NCBI GenBank assembly: GCA_964658025.1
Contig: CAZZXB010000076.1
Coordinates: forward strand, 1-10,728
Direction: 5' to 3'
DNA from: an uncultured Janthinobacterium sp.
GTDB lineage: Bacteria; Vulcanimicrobiota; Vulcanimicrobiia; Vulcanimicrobiales; Vulcanimicrobiaceae
DNA: 10,728 bases
This document shows, in pieces, positions 8,186 through 10,728 of the stretch. The notes beneath the pieces were generated by a model. That model was not told the DNA's origin. It did no database searches and saw only the letters and a program-made list of their open reading frames with translations. Position 1 is the stretch's first letter. Each line of letters begins with the position of its first letter. The translations under genes were made by a program, and so were the position numbers.

Positions 8186-9769
8186 TCAAAAGGCCGTTCG
8201 CGCGATCGCGTCCCATTGATCCGACGTCGTCGCGCCCCAATCGAAAAACGCGATGCCGAAGGCGTGGAGCGCTCGCGCCTCGTCGATCGCTGCCGCGATT
8301 TCGACCGGCGGCGGCGCGCCGCGCGGACCGCCGCCCGCGGTCTGGCCGCCGATGTCGATCTCGATCGGACGTCCCGCGAGCGCGCGCGTTTTCGCGAACG
8401 ACGCGCGCAGGCCCGCGCGCACGGCGACGGGCGTGACGGCGCGGCGCGACATCATCCGCCAGTACGCCATCGGCTGCAACACGTCGCAGACGCGCGCGAC
8501 CTCGGCGTACGGATAATCGGTCGCCGAGAGGTGCTCGTAGTACGGATCCTCGACCGTCGCGACGAGCGGATACTCGGGCCCGAGCGCCGCGCGCAAGCGT
8601 TTCGCGTAGGCCGCGATCGCGGCGTATCCCACGGGCCCCGAACCGAGATATTCGTCGCCGCGCTCGAGGTCGAGCGCGATCCCGGCGAAGCCGTTCCCGG
8701 CCGCCGTCGTGTGGCGCGCGAGCGCGACGGCGAGCGCGAGATCGTCGTATTCGGGCGCGCGCGGGATCGTCCAGGCGACGACCGCGACGCCGCGCGCGGC
8801 GGCGGCGTCGAGCAACGCATCGATCGTGGCGCGCGGGGCGCCCGCGGTGTCGTCGAACGCGCCGTACGTCGCGCGCAGCTCGATCGCGCGGACGCCGCCC
8901 GCCACCGCGCGATCGATCGTGCCGCGGGGATCGATCTCGTCGTAGCTATCCGCGTCCCCGTCCGCCGGCGAGAACGAGAGCCACATCGCCTTCCCGCGCA
9001 GCGCCGTTAGCGGTTTGCGTGCGATCTCGCGCGGCACGTCGACCGCGAAGGTCGCGCGCGGACGCGTCTCGACGTCGACGACGTACCGCACGCGCGTTCC
9101 CGGAACGGCCGCTCCGTCGCGAAACGTCGACGCGGAGGCCGCGACGTTCGCGACGTGACGCGTTCCGTCGGGATCGATCCGCACGACGGCGGTCGTACCG
9201 GTGCCGCGTGGAAACCAACCGATCTGCACGACGTGCGGCCCGAGCGGCTCGGCGACGACCCGCGCGCCCGACCAATACCGGGTGTTCGTTTCGATCCGGC
9301 GCGTGCCGAGACGGCGCGGCGCGTTCGCGCGCGCGGTGACGCCGAGCGGCCCGTCGAGCGTCGTCGAGACGATCGCGGCCGGCCCGCCGAAACGCGAGCG
9401 CGTCTGCCACTGCGCCGTGCCGTGCGTCGGCACGAACGCGAAATCGCCGCCGGAGACGAGCCGCGTCGGCGATCCGTCGCGCGCGCGAAACTCCGCGCGC
9501 ACGAGCCATCGCGCGAAGCCGTCGGGCGTGACGCCGAGCGGCCTCGCGCGGAGCGCCATCGTCGTCGCGGGCTCGGGCTCGAAAACCGCGCCGACGGGCG
9601 CGCGTGCGACCGCCGGAGGCGACGGCGACGGCGCGAACGCTCCGAAGCCGAGATGCCCGCCGCGACCCCAGCCGCGCACCGCGACGAAGACGAGCACGAG
9701 CGCGAAGGCCGCGACGGCGATCGCGAGCGCGATCCGATTCCGACCGGCACGCGATCCGCGAGATCTCAG
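8186..9769 (-). CDS. Membrane-anchored/secreted protein with an Fn3-like module and a C-terminal glycoside-hydrolase-like TIM barrel (start uncertain)
   Basis: This is the C-terminal ~527 aa of the 813-aa track ORF; the remainder overlaps the SIS gene out of frame. It has a basic N-terminus, the hydrophobic helix IALAIAVAAFALVLVFVAV and a Pro-rich linker. These are followed by Fn3-like VQIGW...STFRDGAAVPGTRVRYVVDV, then GKAMW, GVAVVAW, GFAGIALDLE, DVLQPMAYW and GIAFFDW. The 5' coordinate is a proposed CTG start. Confidence 0.72.
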   Translation of the reverse strand: MRSRGSRAGRNRIALAIAVAAFALVLVFVAVRGWGRGGHLGFGAFAPSPSPPAVARAPVGAVFEPEPATTMALRARPLGVTPDGFARWLVRAEFRARDGSPTRLVSGGDFAFVPTHGTAQWQTRSRFGGPAAIVSTTLDGPLGVTARANAPRRLGTRRIETNTRYWSGARVVAEPLGPHVVQIGWFPRGTGTTAVVRIDPDGTRHVANVAASASTFRDGAAVPGTRVRYVVDVETRPRATFAVDVPREIARKPLTALRGKAMWLSFSPADGDADSYDEIDPRGTIDRAVAGGVRAIELRATYGAFDDTAGAPRATIDALLDAAAARGVAVVAWTIPRAPEYDDLALAVALARHTTAAGNGFAGIALDLERGDEYLGSGPVGYAAIAAYAKRLRAALGPEYPLVATVEDPYYEHLSATDYPYAEVARVCDVLQPMAYWRMMSRRAVTPVAVRAGLRASFAKTRALAGRPIEIDIGGQTAGGGPRGAPPPVEIAAAIDEARALHAFGIAFFDWGATTSDQWDAIARTAF

Positions 9770-10728
9770 AGGACGAACTTCGTGAGACCGCGCGGCCGGT
9801 CGCCGTCGATGCCGCGCGCGCGCCCGACGTCGAGCGCGAGGCGTTGACCCGCGACGAGCCAGCCGATCGTGTTGAACGGCGCATCGAGGAGCGGACCGAG
9901 ACGCGCGATCCCGGCGATCGCGCCGCCGATCGTGTAGCGCAGGGATTCGGTCCGTTCCGCTTCCGCCATCGGCCGCGCGACGAGCGCGCGCGAGGCGTCG
10001 TCCACGACGCCGACGACCGCCGTCGTCGCATCCAAGATCGCCGCACTTCCGTGCCGGAATTCGCCCGCGGCGAACGCCTCGGCGTGGACGTACGTCGCCT
10101 CTTTGAGCTTGAGCGCGATTTCGGAGGCGACCGGAACGCCGTACCCCGCGCCGAGCACGGCGATCGTGCGCCGTCGCGCGATCCGTTCCGCCGCATCGGC
10201 GAGGTCGTCGCACGCGGCCGCGTCGCCGAGCCATGCATCGATCGCGTCGGCCGCGCGCGCGAGCGTCGTCGCGTTCCGATCGCTCGTTCCGCCGCAGAGC
10301 CCCGCGCCCCAGAGCACGATCGCGACCATCGTCGTCACGCTCTTCGTGGCGGGAACCGCGATCTCGCTCCCGGCCTCGACGTCGATCACGAGATCCGCGC
10401 GCCCGGCGAGCGGCGAATCCGGCGCGTTCGTGAGCGCGACGACGCGCTCGGGTCGGAGCGTTTCGAGTGCGGCGAGCACGTCGGCCGACCGGCCGCTCTG
10501 CGAGATCGCGACGACCGTCGTCCCGTCGGCGGCACCCGGTCGCTCGAATCCCGCCTCCGTCGCGGCGAGCGACGACGCGCGGACCCCGCGCCGCCGCAGC
10601 GCGAGCGCGCCGAGCCGCGCGACGCACAGCGAACTCCCGCTCCCGACGAGCACGACGTCGCGTTCGACGACCGCGTTCGCGAATTCGCGCGCGTGCCCGG
10701 AGCGCGCGATCCGCCGCAACGCCTCCGG
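9766..10728 (-). CDS. Double-SIS-domain sugar-phosphate isomerase/deaminase (GlmS C-terminal-like; possibly glucosamine-6-phosphate deaminase NagB-II/GlmD type); 5' end outside the window
   Basis: Motifs VGSGSS, AISQSGRSADV, ALTNAPDSPLA, GSEIAVPATKS, EIALKLKEATYVHAEAFAAGEFRHG and DRPRGLTK. The frame is open to the window edge and reads PEALRRIA, like the EQPEAL helix preceding SIS domains, so TTG 10719 is probably not the true start. Confidence 0.85.
   Translation of the reverse strand, partial: PEALRRIARSGHAREFANAVVERDVVLVGSGSSLCVARLGALALRRRGVRASSLAATEAGFERPGAADGTTVVAISQSGRSADVLAALETLRPERVVALTNAPDSPLAGRADLVIDVEAGSEIAVPATKSVTTMVAIVLWGAGLCGGTSDRNATTLARAADAIDAWLGDAAACDDLADAAERIARRRTIAVLGAGYGVPVASEIALKLKEATYVHAEAFAAGEFRHGSAAILDATTAVVGVVDDASRALVARPMAEAERTESLRYTIGGAIAGIARLGPLLDAPFNTIGWLVAGQRLALDVGRARGIDGDRPRGLTKFVL

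Noticed and set aside
9770..10627. N-terminal ~285 aa of the 813-aa track ORF, suggesting a giant protein or SIS-GH fusion
   Set aside because: It overlaps the well-supported SIS gene in another frame and is Arg-rich nonsense; protein-like sequence begins only near the SIS stop.
10717..10719. TTG start for the SIS gene with GGAGG just upstream
   Set aside because: GGAGG is only about 2 nt from the TTG, and the frame continues as Pro-Glu-Ala to the window edge, matching the conserved QPEAL helix. The real start is probably outside the window.

Overview
High-GC bacterial window with ten supportable genes, two truncated by the window edges. The TonB-dependent receptor implies a diderm host; its style recalls Candidatus Eremiobacterota, which is inference only. 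On the minus strand, a tightly packed run reads gmd, an rmd-like GDP-sugar reductase, a divergent larC (nickel-pincer nucleotide cyclometallase), a 106-aa stand-alone LarE C-terminal-like domain and an ICMT/PEMT-family membrane methyltransferase. About 150 nt further lies the 5' part of a TonB-dependent receptor that the ORF track missed. Divergent from gmd on the plus strand are glf (UDP-galactopyranose mutase) and a YcxA-like MFS transporter preceded by the palindrome TGTATATACA. At the right end (minus strand), a double-SIS sugar-phosphate isomerase/deaminase abuts a membrane-anchored Fn3-like + glycoside-hydrolase-like protein with no canonical start codon. The most unusual element is the apparent operon joining nucleotide-sugar synthesis to an atypical, incomplete nickel-pincer module. 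No RNA genes, CRISPR arrays or mobile elements were seen.
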